A DNA stretch of 64,000 bases from Cyanidioschyzon merolae. Its lineage: Eukaryota. Shown here one piece after another: positions 1 through 10,977 of this stretch. The position numbers and the translations under genes are program-made. The DNA lies in the NCBI GenBank assembly GCA_000091205.1, contig AP006497.2; one strand, 5' to 3'. The notes below the pieces were generated by a model. The model searched no databases. It was not told where the DNA came from and saw only the letters and a program-made list of their open reading frames with translations. The stretch's first letter is position 1. Each line of letters opens with the position of its first letter.

Positions 1-1135
1 CATACCAGCGTCGGGGATGTTTGAGCGCTCCTGCCGTAGCGCTTGTGGGTGGAAAAGTGTCGCTCGCCATGCGCGCTGCAACGACGTGTGCACCACGCAG
101 GCCGAGGTCCTCGGCGAGCACCACTTTCACGGGAATGCGCCGCAAGATCGTGCTCACACGTCCTTTTTCCCGGAAACGCTTCAGAAAATCCGACTTGCCT
201 TCCTGGAGCCATTCGAGGTTTTTAGGAGCTATTCCGCCCGCAATATAGAGACCACTAAACGGTAGGTATTTGAGCGCTGCGTTCCCGCACTCGGTACCGT
301 AGATATCCATCATCATACGCATCGCCTGCGCGCAAAGGCCACACTCGTACACGTAGCGAGCGATGGTTGCAGCGCCATCATTCGATTCTAGGATGGATTT
401 ATCGATACTTGGTTGCACTTTTTCGGGGTACTTTTCCCGCAGGAATTCATAAATGTTGACGAGTCCTCGTCCGCTGACGACGCGTTCCACAGAGACCCTA
501 TGGCCGCTGTCACCGAACTTGTTTCGCAAGTACTGCAGAAGCTCCAACTCTAGTTCCGTTATTGGCGCAAAATCTACATGACCTCCCTCGGTCGCGTGTG
601 CCTCATAGTGCCACACGGTGGATCCCTGACCCGACACATCCGGCTGGGCGCACGCAGTGAGGTAGCACTCCCCGAGACCAGTGCCGGCTCCGACACAAGC
701 TTTTGGCTCACCAGCACTCGGCTCGCCACGCTGCAAGACATAACACTCGTCTGGCTCCCTCAACGTGAGCAGTCCGTACCCGTTCGAAACAAAATCGTTC
801 AAGAAACGGACGCGATCAATATGGAACGCGTCTCGCAACTCATTCGCATCCAGAATCCACTGCTGTCGGTTCGTGAACGAGACCCGGTCGGCGACGACAG
901 GTCCCGCTACCGCAAGGCACATAGCAGCGATATAGAAGGAGGCATCGTTGAGGTGTGCACGCGCTTCCTGCACGAAAGTGTCCAGTACATCGTGGAAGCG
1001 GGAAAACTGCTCGTTCCTATACGATGTTCTGTGGACGCACGGCTGAGCGCAGACATCATCCGAGTCTGTCGCATCGAATATCGCTAGGCGAGCATTCGTG
1101 CCCCCTATATCACCTGTCACAATTAACTTGCGCAT
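1..1135 (-). CDS. glk: Bacterial-type glucokinase (Glk family). The start codon is inside the window and the ORF runs off the left edge, so the C-terminus lies beyond the window.
   Basis: Minus-strand translation from the ATG at 1135..1133 reads MRKLIVTGDIGGTNARLAIF ... GAGTGLGECYL ... EGGHVDFAPITELELELLQYL ... VVSGRGLVNIYEFL ... LYIAGGIAPKNLEWL ... LGLRGAHV. These match the E. coli Glk ATP-binding N-terminus (VGDVGGTNARLAL), the GGHVDFAP block, the SGPGLVNLY block and the C-terminal GGIVPRFLEFF block. There is no stop before coordinate 1. It is absent from the ORF track because it has no in-window stop. Confidence 0.8.
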   Translation of the reverse strand, partial: MRKLIVTGDIGGTNARLAIFDATDSDDVCAQPCVHRTSYRNEQFSRFHDVLDTFVQEARAHLNDASFYIAAMCLAVAGPVVADRVSFTNRQQWILDANELRDAFHIDRVRFLNDFVSNGYGLLTLREPDECYVLQRGEPSAGEPKACVGAGTGLGECYLTACAQPDVSGQGSTVWHYEAHATEGGHVDFAPITELELELLQYLRNKFGDSGHRVSVERVVSGRGLVNIYEFLREKYPEKVQPSIDKSILESNDGAATIARYVYECGLCAQAMRMMMDIYGTECGNAALKYLPFSGLYIAGGIAPKNLEWLQEGKSDFLKRFREKGRVSTILRRIPVKVVLAEDLGLRGAHVVAARMASDTFPPTSATAGALKHPRRWY

Positions 1136-1289
1136 TCCTAAAGCATGAGCCGGTAGGTTTGCAGGCACGAGCGCTCTTGCCGCAGCCGCAAAGCGATAGC
1201 GGTATTCGCAATCGCGTACAAGGTTCGTGTGGTGACGCCAGACCGGCGTCGCTTGTCGTTGCCGCACATCCCTGCTGCAACGACAAGTC

Positions 1290-1720
1290 CGTACAATGAC
1301 GCAGATATTTTGGTTTGAAAGAATGTTTATATGGACTATGGATATCCAGATTGCGGGGCGGGTATTGGCTTCTGGGCAAGCGTCCATTAAACTGGACCCT
1401 ACCTCCAAGTTCCATAACTTGTACTTTCTTTCGGATGCACTGATCGGTTCGAACGTTCTATCAGACGCCGAGTACCCGCATTGAGCTCCTGTCTTTGCGC
1501 TTCTACCGTTGGAGTCGATGCATCCCGAAGACAGAGCGACTTTACCATACCACTGAAGGGCGTCGGCTCGAGATGTCGTGTACCCGACGCCAGGTCGTAT
1601 CTCGTTGTATGTTCGTGCTTGGAGAGACTGTGCAACAGGCCTGCTTTCGCGGCCTTTCGCGTTAGCGCAACCTAGCTCATACAAAGAATTCTGAATACCG
1701 AGTCACCGACTCGCAGTATT
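1290..1720 (-). mobile_element. 5'-truncated copy of a non-LTR retrotransposon 3' end (copy C1, diverged subfamily).
   Basis: The reverse complement of 1296-1700 aligns by eye with the 3' end of the LINE at 38.9-39.3 kb and with copies at 34.1-34.5, 49.5-49.9 and 55.0-55.45 kb. Shared blocks include cgag(t/c)cgacgccc..cagtggtatgg, gaacgt(a/t)cgaaacgacc..atccga.a..aagta..gt.atggaacttggaggtag, and a terminal gtcaatgtaaacgtttt-like tail. Short track ORFs with the shared PTSKFHxLYFLSD / MELGG peptides are translation artefacts of this repeat. Confidence 0.55.
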
Positions 1721-3741
1721 GTGTCGAATACGTCGTCGGTTCGTGTAGCGGGCCTGTGCTCGGCAAACACCGGTAATGAGTGCACGAATCGACGAACCCG
1801 CGCGCTCATCTGGTTTGCCGGACCCCCGTCCTGATATGTAGAAGGAGAGTTTCGTATCCACTAGTGAGTGATGTCGTTCGTATAAAGCGATGTCAGGTGC
1901 CAGGGCTGCACGCGATGTGAACGAGCGCCCTTATCAACTACATGTACATGTAGAGGATGCAGTCACGCACGGAGATCGCTTCGTTCCTGCTGCCAGCTTG
2001 GACAGCGTAAGCATAAACCTGTCAGAATGACGGCAGTTGCGTTCCAGCAGCAGGTTCACTGTGGTCCCCAGTGAATATCTAGTGTTTCGACACGGTATAG
2101 AGCCGAGGCTAACCACATCCCACGGATCCGCTCTTTGGTGCACGAATGAGTCCCTCTGGTACGAGCCGCGGACTTGAGCCTGCAGGCATGCTCACAAATT
2201 TTGAGACATTCATGTCATTCCACTTTCTTCTCAATGCTCGTATCAGCATAGAATTCTCGTCATATACGAGACCCCGGATACTGTAATCTTTATTTCGCAT
2301 TAGGGCGTTTGTGTTCCGGGATGAAACTGAAGGTTTGTTGTCTCTGCGCTATGATTTGCATTTTCTGTCGCGCGATGAAACGGTGCAAGTCGTTGACTTC
2401 TTCTGACTCTGGTCTTCGACAGCTCCGGAATGTTGCGGCACTCGTTGTCGTGATTGTTCCATGTGGTGCCTCATCTGGGAGCGTCTTCCCGGCATCCTCC
2501 ACGCTCTCAGTGCAGCACGCTGTCGATCGGAGAAGTATATGACCTTCTTTCAGTTTCGTTCGTTTCTTCATTGGTGATGGCCCTCGTCGTTATCACTTTC
2601 AAGTTCGTATGTCGACTTGCGCAACGAGTACACGCTTTCGACGTCCGGCATTCGCAGATGTCCACCACACGCACATGCAGTATTTCTGTAAACTTCTGTG
2701 TGGTCGCTTTCTATGCGCTGCATTTACGACGGGATATCGGACGCATGGCTACTGCACCCCAGTTTACGAACCAGATGACCGTCTTTTCGCCACTCGGCAT
2801 CAGAGGAGAATGCAGATCGCCTAGATTGCATTCTGGTCAAACGAGTGACGCAGAGCACCTCAGCTGCTGGTCTCCAGAACGAGCTCTGTGTTTCAGTTAT
2901 TCAGGGAGAACGCTCAAATTCGCTCGCATATGAGTATTGTCGCCTGAAATCGTCTTTTCGCAAATGGTGAGACGAGCAGTACCATCCTCTGTCTGTTGCC
3001 TCTCTTTTTGTGTTTTCTTCGCGCTGTAAACGAACCTCGCCTGGTGGTCCTCTCTTCTGCTGCTGGAATGACGCGTCTCTGACTCCGGACTAGAGTCTGA
3101 AAAGGTAAATTCGACGTCTGAAAAACCCGGGTCCACGCGTACGAATCTTTGGTTATCTTCCAGAATGCGGAAGACTTTCGTTGTCTCCGTTCTCGCCTAG
3201 AGATATTCGGCGATGCTCGAGGTTGAACCCTGACATCGTACCCGTGCGAGAGAAAACGGAAACAGAATTGACTGTCTATGGCTTCAGCAGCTTTGATATT
3301 GGAGTTTTTCTGGTAAACCTTCCTGTTCGTTGACTTACTCCATTTCATTTCGTTCTTTTCCTACTCATGATTTCATGGTGAGGTGGAGTTCCCATGACAC
3401 CCGAGAAACTGAAAGAAACGTAACCAATTGTGAAGCCAAGCATCCTCGGGCGGGAGAGCGAACGTCTTGGACGGCGTGTACCTCTTCTGCCTTATGAATC
3501 CCGTTCTCGCCAGGTATTCGCAGTGTTGACACCCTCTTCCAACGATTTCGTAGTACAGAGAAAATGCGAAACGTGTCGGAGACGAATGCTTCAGTCAGAG
3601 AGAATCCTTCGAGGGAATTCGTCTCCTCAAGTCTGCCGCGAGCTCGACAGCCAATTTCATCTTCGGTTTTCATTGGCGATCACTTCCGGTGAAATAGGAC
3701 GTCGAACTTTCGAACGATCCGGCGGGTGCCGCACAGACAAG

Positions 3742-3758
3742 CTCTCTCTCTCTCTCTC
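3742..3758. repeat. (CT)n dinucleotide microsatellite.
   Basis: The run gctctctctctctctctctcg is read directly from the sequence. Confidence 0.9.
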
Positions 3759-4664
3759 GAAACGCCCTCGATTTAGTTACCATGCATCAGCTTGACTTAA
3801 TGAACGACACGAAACCCGATATTCATCAGGACGTGATTCGTTTCTGCCGTCGCCATCGTGATGGGAAGCTCCACGTGCATCTGCGTCATTCCAAAGAGAT
3901 ACGCCTTCATTGACGCTCACTGTTCGTGCCCTTCGGTTTCTTCTTCATTTCGTCCGGGTTACAAAGCACCGAATTCATCAACGCTTAACCTGAGACTCGA
4001 GCTGATACTTTTCCTGCAGTTGTTTCGGTGCCTCTTGAAACAAGCGATGACACAAGCGTAAGAAAGTTCTCATTCAGGGAAGGCAGCACGTTTTTGGGAG
4101 CGTTGCTCGCCCATGCTCTCGCTTTCTCGCGTGAGCGTCCTCTAGGCGTCTGTCACAAGGGAAACAAACGAGCGTGTGCCTGGCGTCAAAGGTCGCGAAA
4201 GAGAATTCTCAAAAAGTAGCAGTTCGTCAGAGCGTCTGGCTCGCTTTCCACTCCTTTGACGAGGATAGCTTCATAAGGAAGACGGAGGCTTTATCCGTTG
4301 AGGATGACGTTCCTCGAGGAAACAGCTCAGCTTCAAACTTCAGATGCGAAATTTTCCTTGCGTTACTGCTTCCCGTTCTCTCCCCGCGGTTAACTCGGAC
4401 GCTGCATCTCTCCTGCGCACCAGAGGATGCCGTACCCTTATCCAAACAGAATCATTTCGGTGTTCTCGTTGAAAAGCACCTTCGACCGCTGATTCAATAG
4501 AAACCCCCTGAAAGATCCGAAGCACCTCTGTCTTGCACCAGAAGAGACGTCCCTGTTTCAGCGCAGCGCTACGCGATGCACGGGTTGCATCCATCGCGCT
4601 CCGGCGCATGCGCGATCGATAGCGCCCAGTACTCGTGAAGCGTTCAACGCAACGTTCGTTATCC

Positions 4665-4686
4665 GGCAAGGCAAGGCAAGGCAAGG
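4665..4686. repeat. (GGCAA)4 pentanucleotide microsatellite about 80 bp upstream of the MECR-like start.
   Basis: The run ggcaaggcaaggcaaggcaaggcc is read directly from the sequence. Confidence 0.9.
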
Positions 4687-4764
4687 CCGGTACACTCCAG
4701 AGCACGATACGTGAGTTTTCAATAGAACATACTCCACATCCTTCAGATAGAGGTCAAGAGAAGC

Positions 4765-5955
4765 ATGGCGCTTGTTGCTGCGGGTTTTCGTACAGTGGTG
4801 CAGCGACGCTTTGGTAGCGCGCAAGCTGCAGCCGCTGCTGCAACAGAGTTCTTTTACGAACGAAACGGACCAGTCGACACAGTTCTAAAACGAAGATCCA
4901 TCGAAGACTCATCGTCGGGGAAGGCCCTGCCGCGGAACGCAGCTCGCGTCGAACTGCTCGCTTTTCCGCTGACGCCCTTTGATGTCGCAGCGATCGAGCG
5001 CGGCTATCGAAGCACGGGAGTGGCGGGTGTTCAAGGCATCGCCCGTGTTACAGCCGCGGCACCAGAGACCCCGTTCCAAGTGGGTGACCTGGTGTTGGCG
5101 TTGCCAGCGATGCCTGGCACCTGGCGTGATCACGCAACGGTGCCGAACGCGAGCGAAGCGTTCGTCGCTGTTCCCGCAACCTTGCGTCGTGCAATCGAGG
5201 ACAAAGTTCCCGGTATGCTTGAAAGAGCGGCAACTTTACTAGGGGCACCTGCAATGGCTTATAGGCTTCTGGAGGAGCATGGCATCCAACCCGGTGAAAC
5301 CATCCTGCTGAACGATGCCGATGGTGCGGTGGGGCTCGCCCTGGTGCAGCTCGCCAACATGCGCGGTATCAAGACGGTTTCCCTTGTCGATGATGAGATT
5401 CCCGAGGATGAATTACCACCTGAAGGCCATGTCGAATCCTATGCGGTGGTCGCTGAGCGTATTAAAGCACTCGGCAGCGATGTTGTGGTCAGCAGCTCAT
5501 TTGCCCGTCAGACGGCCACTTTTCGTGAATTAGTTTCTGAGCTTGCTGGTAATCGTGGTATGCCGCGTGTCGCTTTTAACGGATCAGGTGGTGCTTCGGC
5601 AAGGCAATTGATATCCTGTCTGCGACCGCATGGAACCCTGGTGACGTACAGTGGTCGCCGCGCTACCCAGCCCTTGGTCATTCCAACAAGCGCATTCACT
5701 GAATTTCAGCTGAATCTGAAGGGATTCAACCTCATGCTCTGGCTCGAGAATGCACCTCGAGACCAAGTCCAGGCTATGGTTGATGCGCTCGGGCAAGCGA
5801 TGACTCGCGGTGCGCTGACCGGCTGGCTCGAGCGAAAAAGCTTCGCATCCCTCCAGATCACCGACATTGCCACGATCCGATCAGGGACCAGACCTCGCCA
5901 GTTGGTCGCTATCACCGCAGCCGGGCAATCACTGGTCCAGTTAGCTGGGCCCTGA
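4765..5955 (+). CDS. Mitochondrial trans-2-enoyl-CoA reductase-like protein (MECR/ETR1 family, medium-chain dehydrogenase/reductase superfamily), 396 aa.
   Basis: ATG verified at 4765. Blocks PGTWRDHATV, NDADGAVGLALVQLANMRGIKTVSLV (NAD(P) Rossmann GxGxxG-like), HGTLVTYSGRRATQPLVIPTSAFTEFQLNLKGFNLMLW align with human MECR GTWRTEAV / [26 protein letters not shown] / [36 protein letters not shown]. The N-terminus MALVAAGFRTVVQRRFGS looks like a mitochondrial presequence. Confidence 0.7.
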   Translation: MALVAAGFRTVVQRRFGSAQAAAAAATEFFYERNGPVDTVLKRRSIEDSSSGKALPRNAARVELLAFPLTPFDVAAIERGYRSTGVAGVQGIARVTAAAPETPFQVGDLVLALPAMPGTWRDHATVPNASEAFVAVPATLRRAIEDKVPGMLERAATLLGAPAMAYRLLEEHGIQPGETILLNDADGAVGLALVQLANMRGIKTVSLVDDEIPEDELPPEGHVESYAVVAERIKALGSDVVVSSSFARQTATFRELVSELAGNRGMPRVAFNGSGGASARQLISCLRPHGTLVTYSGRRATQPLVIPTSAFTEFQLNLKGFNLMLWLENAPRDQVQAMVDALGQAMTRGALTGWLERKSFASLQITDIATIRSGTRPRQLVAITAAGQSLVQLAGP

Positions 5956-7748
5956 ACTTTGGCGATTGGAAGCAGACCCCGGAACTTACCGATGAAGGCT
6001 GTGCGCCTTCGACGGCGCCTTCGTACCGGAGCGCTGCCGTCGCGGAGCGCACCGCAGGTATCAGCAGGTACTGGATGCGTCGTGCATCGAGCGCCCGTCA
6101 CAATGAACGCACAGGTCGAATGAAGGACTCGTAGGAGGCGGCAGCGGCACTGGTGAAGAGCAGCGATCTTCAACGCGGACGCTGTCATCGGCTGGTGGCG
6201 CCCATCGTCTGCCCAAGTTGTGAGCGCGCGCACCGCGACCAGTAGTGCTATACTGATGACACTTTCCCCGCTTTACTCCTTTTCGTACGTGACTGGTGCA
6301 AGCGCGCATGCTCTGGACACGTGCAAGCCGAAATGCCGTAGCCCCCAGCGCACCGCGGAGCTTCGGATCTGGCGTGGCTCTTGAATACGAACGCATCTGG
6401 CATAGCGTCCCATTCTGGGTATTGCCGCGGCTTTATTGCCGCATTGCACATCGTAAGCTGTTCAAACCAGGTAGAGAGGAACCACCTCCGCTTCCAGGAT
6501 GTGTCGAAGGTCGCTGTCTAAAGTGCGTCCCGCTACACTTGGTATGGATACCCGAGTCGTTCGGAATCGTTCGCAGGCAGCAGCCGAGTCTACGCCACCG
6601 TGGAATCCCCCAGCGGGCTAGCGTCCTCAAGTCTACTGATTCATTTCATTTGTGCAAAATTCATGACCGGGTTCGTCCGTGTTGTGAAGATCGTGTATTG
6701 TGAGTCGAACACCGGGTGCGCAGTGTAAAGCGAACGTACCGCGTCAGTCTTACACGGTACCGGGTCGGGGCTAGCCCCTGAAGCGCTGTTTCGCTACGAA
6801 TGACGTTGATCCAGATCCCTCGTCGTTCATCGCAAACAAATACCGCGAATACGACTAGATCGCTGGTAGCGACCAAGGTCAACTTCGCACGCCCGGAAAC
6901 AGCGACCGCACCAGTGACCAGCTGCGACGTTTGGACACGGCTACGGTGCTGCAGCGGTTCCGCGAGTGCCCGCTGTCACCGTTCGAACACCCGAGCGACA
7001 CTTTGAAGACTGCCAGCCGGTTAGCGACACGTCCTGGCAGGAGTGTTCGACGAGCAGCGTTTCACGAGAAGTGAGCTGTCCAATGCTCGGTTTGCTCTAG
7101 TGTTCAGCGCTGCGTGCCGCGGGAAGCGAATGAGGAGCGCGACATCCAGTTTCCCCTGGAATCATTTGAGGCGTCTATGCTTTCCTGTGGAACGAGACTT
7201 CTCCAGTAGGGCGCTCTAGAACTGAAAGAATATACTGAGGTTTTCGTCGTCGCCAGCCTGCATATTCTTGGTGCTCCGGAGCGTAACGGAACGTCAGCAC
7301 CTCCGTCCATGCAGCTGCCTCGCCTCGGGGACGGGCAATCACCAGACAACCCATCGACATGGTCTAATAGTCGGCGTGGCAGTCAGCATACATGCTAAAT
7401 GGCCATGAACTCGAGGTTTTACAGGCACCACGATTCGCAAGTAGGTAGGCTCCGACATCGATACGGTCAACGGCAGTGAACGCTGCATGCTCATATGTGC
7501 CCCGCAGGTTGCACGTTGCAAAACCAGCAGAACCGCAGATACCAGCACGCGTGTATCGAACGACTCCTCATTGGAGTTGAATAAGAACGTAGTATCCGGG
7601 GAGCATTCGTTCCATTACCAACCGCGGATGCTTCCGTGTACGGGCGGTTACCGAACGTGGCCTCTATCGATGCAGCGCAATCGGCACCGTGCCAGGCTGG
7701 ACGCTGGTCGTCCAGTACTCCAGCGGGCGCTGCTCCAGACGGTCTACT

Positions 7749-9350
7749 TCAAACGCACTCTTGGCCGAAATCACGCGTAAAGCGCTCGTATGCTCCTAAA
7801 TCTGCTTTGCTGACAGTCGGCTTGGTATGGAGCAGTACTTCTTCGAAATCACTGTAACGGACATCGGGTACGAGCAGCTTGTCGGCTGGGACGTCGTACA
7901 GGTTCATTTCCACTGCTCCTGGTGCCGCCGGAGAGCACGGCGTCCAGAGTAGCTCTGCAGATGCAGTGTTCGTGAACCGAACACCGCGCGCCGCATTGTT
8001 GTTCGAGGATGTATCTTCGGCACCGCCGTCTCTCTGCAGGGTTCGATGGTGTGGACGCGGCGATACTTGTCGGAAATGCGTCGCCATTTGCAGGCGCCGA
8101 ATCGGCTGCATGATTGCATCACGGACAACGATTTCGATATCCGCACCGCTGTAGCCTTCAGTTACATGGGCAAGGCGCTCGAAATCGCAAGCGCTGAGAC
8201 TATGTGGTGTATCTCCGATGTGAATTTCGAACATTCTCCGACGCGAGCGTTCATCTGGAAGTGGAATGTATATCCGGCGCTCGAACCGCCGTCGAATAGC
8301 CGGATCCAGCTGCCATGGCAAATTGGTGGCGCCCAGTACCAAGACGTGCTTTCCCTCCTTACGAGTCTCATCACCAGTTGAAAGGCCTTCTTGCATCTGC
8401 ACCAAGAATTCTGTTTTGATTCTTCGAGTTGAATCAGAGTCAGATTCGGATCTGCTCGAACAGAGCGCATCCACTTCATCAATAAAGATAATAGAGGGTG
8501 CAGACTCGCGCGCCATTCGAAAGAGTTGTCGAATGAGCTTTTCTGATTCACCCTGCCATTTGCTGACCAGATCTGCAGACGACACGCTGAAAAACGATGC
8601 CGCACTTTCTGTGGCAACAGCCTTTGCAAGGTACGACTTACCGGTGCCCGGTGGGCCGTACAGCAGAATACCACGCCACGGTTCTCTCTTACCGGTAAAA
8701 AGCAACGGTAAGCGCATCGGGAGCACAACCGCTTCCTTCAGTGCCTCTTTCGCGCCGTCTAGACCAGCTACATCATTCCAGCGAACCTGGGGGCGTTCGC
8801 GAACGATCACGGACGCCAGTTGCTGGCGCAGGCGCTCGGTCTCGTCTTTGGTTGGAGCCGAGGCGGCGGTACCCGCTTTCTCAGCACCAGCGCCAGAACC
8901 GCCGCTTCCATCAGCAGGCCCTCTACCGCGGCGTCGCTCTCGAGCTGCTGCTGCTGCTGCTGCTGCTGCTGCCCCGTTCGACTCACCCGAGCCGGTGTGC
9001 GGGCTCAGGGTAGCCGCCGCCGTCGCACCTCCGTTTGTGTACGACTCGCTCTCGAAGGGCAACCCGTCCGCACCGTCGTCGCTCCCCGAGGCCTGTTCAT
9101 AGGCGCCACGCTTCAGCAGCTCCTTAATAGATTCAGCACGTGATATGTACTCACGCACACGAGTCTGTAAGAGCACCCGGGTTCTCTCGGACTTTTCCCA
9201 GCGAATCGCGGTCATCAGGTACTCGATAGCACGAAGATAGTAGTGATACGCCGCCTCAAACGTCTCATGGTCCCGTGTTCTCCGCGCCTCTCGATCAGTT
9301 TGAGTCGCTTTATTCGCGAACTCTATTCCTTTGTCCACAAACGAAGTCAT
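7749..9350 (-). CDS. VPS4: Vacuolar protein sorting 4 (VPS4/SKD1), an ESCRT-III disassembly AAA ATPase with an N-terminal MIT domain. The track ORF extends to 9467, but the homologous start is the ATG at 9350.
   Basis: The MIT domain begins [15 protein letters not shown]...[17 protein letters not shown]. The AAA domain carries Walker [23 protein letters not shown], Walker [11 protein letters not shown], an arginine finger region, and the Vps4 C-terminal helix ...[21 protein letters not shown]. The MIT-AAA linker contains a poly-Ala run (A10, encoded by the (GCT)n tract at 8944-8973) and a G/R-rich insert. Confidence 0.9.
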   Translation of the reverse strand: MTSFVDKGIEFANKATQTDREARRTRDHETFEAAYHYYLRAIEYLMTAIRWEKSERTRVLLQTRVREYISRAESIKELLKRGAYEQASGSDDGADGLPFESESYTNGGATAAATLSPHTGSGESNGAAAAAAAAAARERRRGRGPADGSGGSGAGAEKAGTAASAPTKDETERLRQQLASVIVRERPQVRWNDVAGLDGAKEALKEAVVLPMRLPLLFTGKREPWRGILLYGPPGTGKSYLAKAVATESAASFFSVSSADLVSKWQGESEKLIRQLFRMARESAPSIIFIDEVDALCSSRSESDSDSTRRIKTEFLVQMQEGLSTGDETRKEGKHVLVLGATNLPWQLDPAIRRRFERRIYIPLPDERSRRRMFEIHIGDTPHSLSACDFERLAHVTEGYSGADIEIVVRDAIMQPIRRLQMATHFRQVSPRPHHRTLQRDGGAEDTSSNNNAARGVRFTNTASAELLWTPCSPAAPGAVEMNLYDVPADKLLVPDVRYSDFEEVLLHTKPTVSKADLGAYERFTRDFGQECV

Positions 9351-10209
9351 TACGCTTGTAACGCGGAAAGCGTCCCCCAGGCTGCAAGCCCAGGCTTTGG
9401 CAGACAAAAACGCACTGTTTTGCCTGGACAGCACCGCGCGCGCACGCAACGCGCACCCGCTGGCCATTGCGATGCGCTGCTGCGCGCGATCATCCGAACG
9501 GGGGTGTGTGTGCGTTTCGCCGGTGTCCAGTGAATATGGGATGCTGTGCTGTTCGTATTGTCCCTATATGTTCAGATATTTGTGGGCGAGTGTTCGTTGT
9601 ACTGTCTCGATTGTACAGGTTCAGAGAAATGGGGCTTGTGGATGCTATAGACGTTTTAGGATGCATGATCGTGTTTGTTTGTTTGTGTTTTGGAGTGATT
9701 TCTCTTCGATGCTTTGTCGCTGACATTCGGAAAGACAGCGGCGTGAAGACGATTCGCGATAAGCTCGAGCTAGGGATCGTGTCATACTGGATATGATGAT
9801 GATGGTGATGCAGGTGCTGCGTACGAGGCTGCACGCTTCTCCATGTGCACGGACGGCGAGCGCTAGTCATGCATATTTCAGGTTTCGGATCTTGCCGATC
9901 CAAGGCAAGTCGTGTGCGCAGCACACGGTGCAGTTGTTGATGGACAAGGTCGAATAGTCATCGATGTGGTTTCTTGGCGATTTGCTCATCAGCTTGGTCC
10001 GGATATTCACTGAAGGTGTCGCGTGAAATGATCGATTCCGTTCGGAAGATAAATCTTCCTCTCTTTGTGGCCTTGAATGAAACGATTTTCGACGCTAGTG
10101 TGATATCTTTTATGGGATGCAATCGTGGAGGCTCCGATCTTTACTGTTTGCATGAAAAAGGGTCTTGAACTCGGGCTTGCGTCATTGGAGCGATAGGTTA
10201 CAGTGAAGT

Positions 10210-10500
10210 GCGCGTCGCAGCGTGTAACGAAGCGAACACAGGCGGATGGAGATTGTCGTATTCCCTTCCAGCTTGGATTCTTCTTTCAGTGTTTGTTTTA
10301 TCATGGACAACAGTGCATGGAAACCATCGATCGATTGGAGCAGCTTGTAAAGCGGCATGTGACGAAGCGAGCACTGGCGAATGGACTTTGGTCGTATTCC
10401 TCTTCAGCTTGGATTCTTCTTTCAGTGTTTGTTTTATCATGGACAACGATTCATGCAAACCATTCATCGAATGGAGTGTCGAGCGCTCATATGGCCGGTA
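10210..10500. repeat. Tandem direct duplication, 2 copies of about 145 bp.
   Basis: Unit 1 (from about 10231) and unit 2 (from about 10375) both contain ccagcttggattcttctttcagtgtttgttttatcatggacaac followed by related sequence. On translation the peptide (I/L)P(F/L)QLGFFFQCLFYHGQ(Q/R)(C/F)M(E/Q)TI repeats twice. Confidence 0.75.
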
Positions 10501-10977
10501 GCCAGCGCACTCGCCGAAGGGGTCGCCCGGAACAATGCCGTATTCGTACGATACGGCACTGGGTGCATAGACGGTGTAGAGCATCTAGAAGAGCCCTATG
10601 GAGGCCTCAAGAGCATGTACCAAGCTATGAAGCAAGCGCTCACGAGCGACGGGGCGGCTCCTGGAGAAAGAGTTGTGGTGGACCTACCGACGCATCTGAT
10701 CGCAGGCAAGAGCCGCCCCTGTGAAGAATCTGACGAGGTTGTCTACAACGAAGATGAAACAGGCAGTGGAATAGTGGAGAGCTATTTTCGCCTGTGGATG
10801 ACATGCGTCGCCAACATTTGGAAGCTTCGAAATCGGCACCTTGACGATGCCATCGACATCCTTCGACTGCTGACAACGGAGCTAGAGGTACAAGAGAGAC
10901 AGTCACATCGAAAGACGTCGAGAATATGGAGCAAAAATGAAGCAGTCGGAGAACAAGGCGGCGGAGACTGGTGCTGA
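10381..10977 (+). CDS. Hypothetical protein (198 aa) with no recognisable family. It starts inside the second tandem-repeat unit and may be a pseudo-ORF.
   Basis: This is the longest ORF in a region otherwise unassigned from 9.5 to 12.9 kb. Codon usage resembles neighbouring genes (GC-rich third positions). I recognised no family motif. Confidence 0.2.
   Translation: MDFGRIPLQLGFFFQCLFYHGQRFMQTIHRMECRALIWPVASALAEGVARNNAVFVRYGTGCIDGVEHLEEPYGGLKSMYQAMKQALTSDGAAPGERVVVDLPTHLIAGKSRPCEESDEVVYNEDETGSGIVESYFRLWMTCVANIWKLRNRHLDDAIDILRLLTTELEVQERQSHRKTSRIWSKNEAVGEQGGGDWC

Noticed and set aside
1296-1484. Short ORFs with recurring peptides (PTSKFHxLYFLSD..., MELGG..., ERTKRPVYPRG...) at 1.3, 34.4, 39.1, 49.5, 50.1, 54.8 and 55.1 kb, suggesting a small multigene family
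   Set aside because: At nucleotide level all of them lie inside the repeated LINE 3'-end copies, in both orientations and in different frames. They are translation shadows of a non-coding repeat.
8266-9102. Long antisense ORFs opposite real genes (for example 8266..9102 + inside VPS4, 26511..27200 - and 25730..26341 - inside MON2, 13068..13364 - inside the ABC permease)
   Set aside because: In GC-rich coding DNA, stop-free antisense frames are expected. None shows a recognisable motif, and their sense partners are strongly homology-supported.
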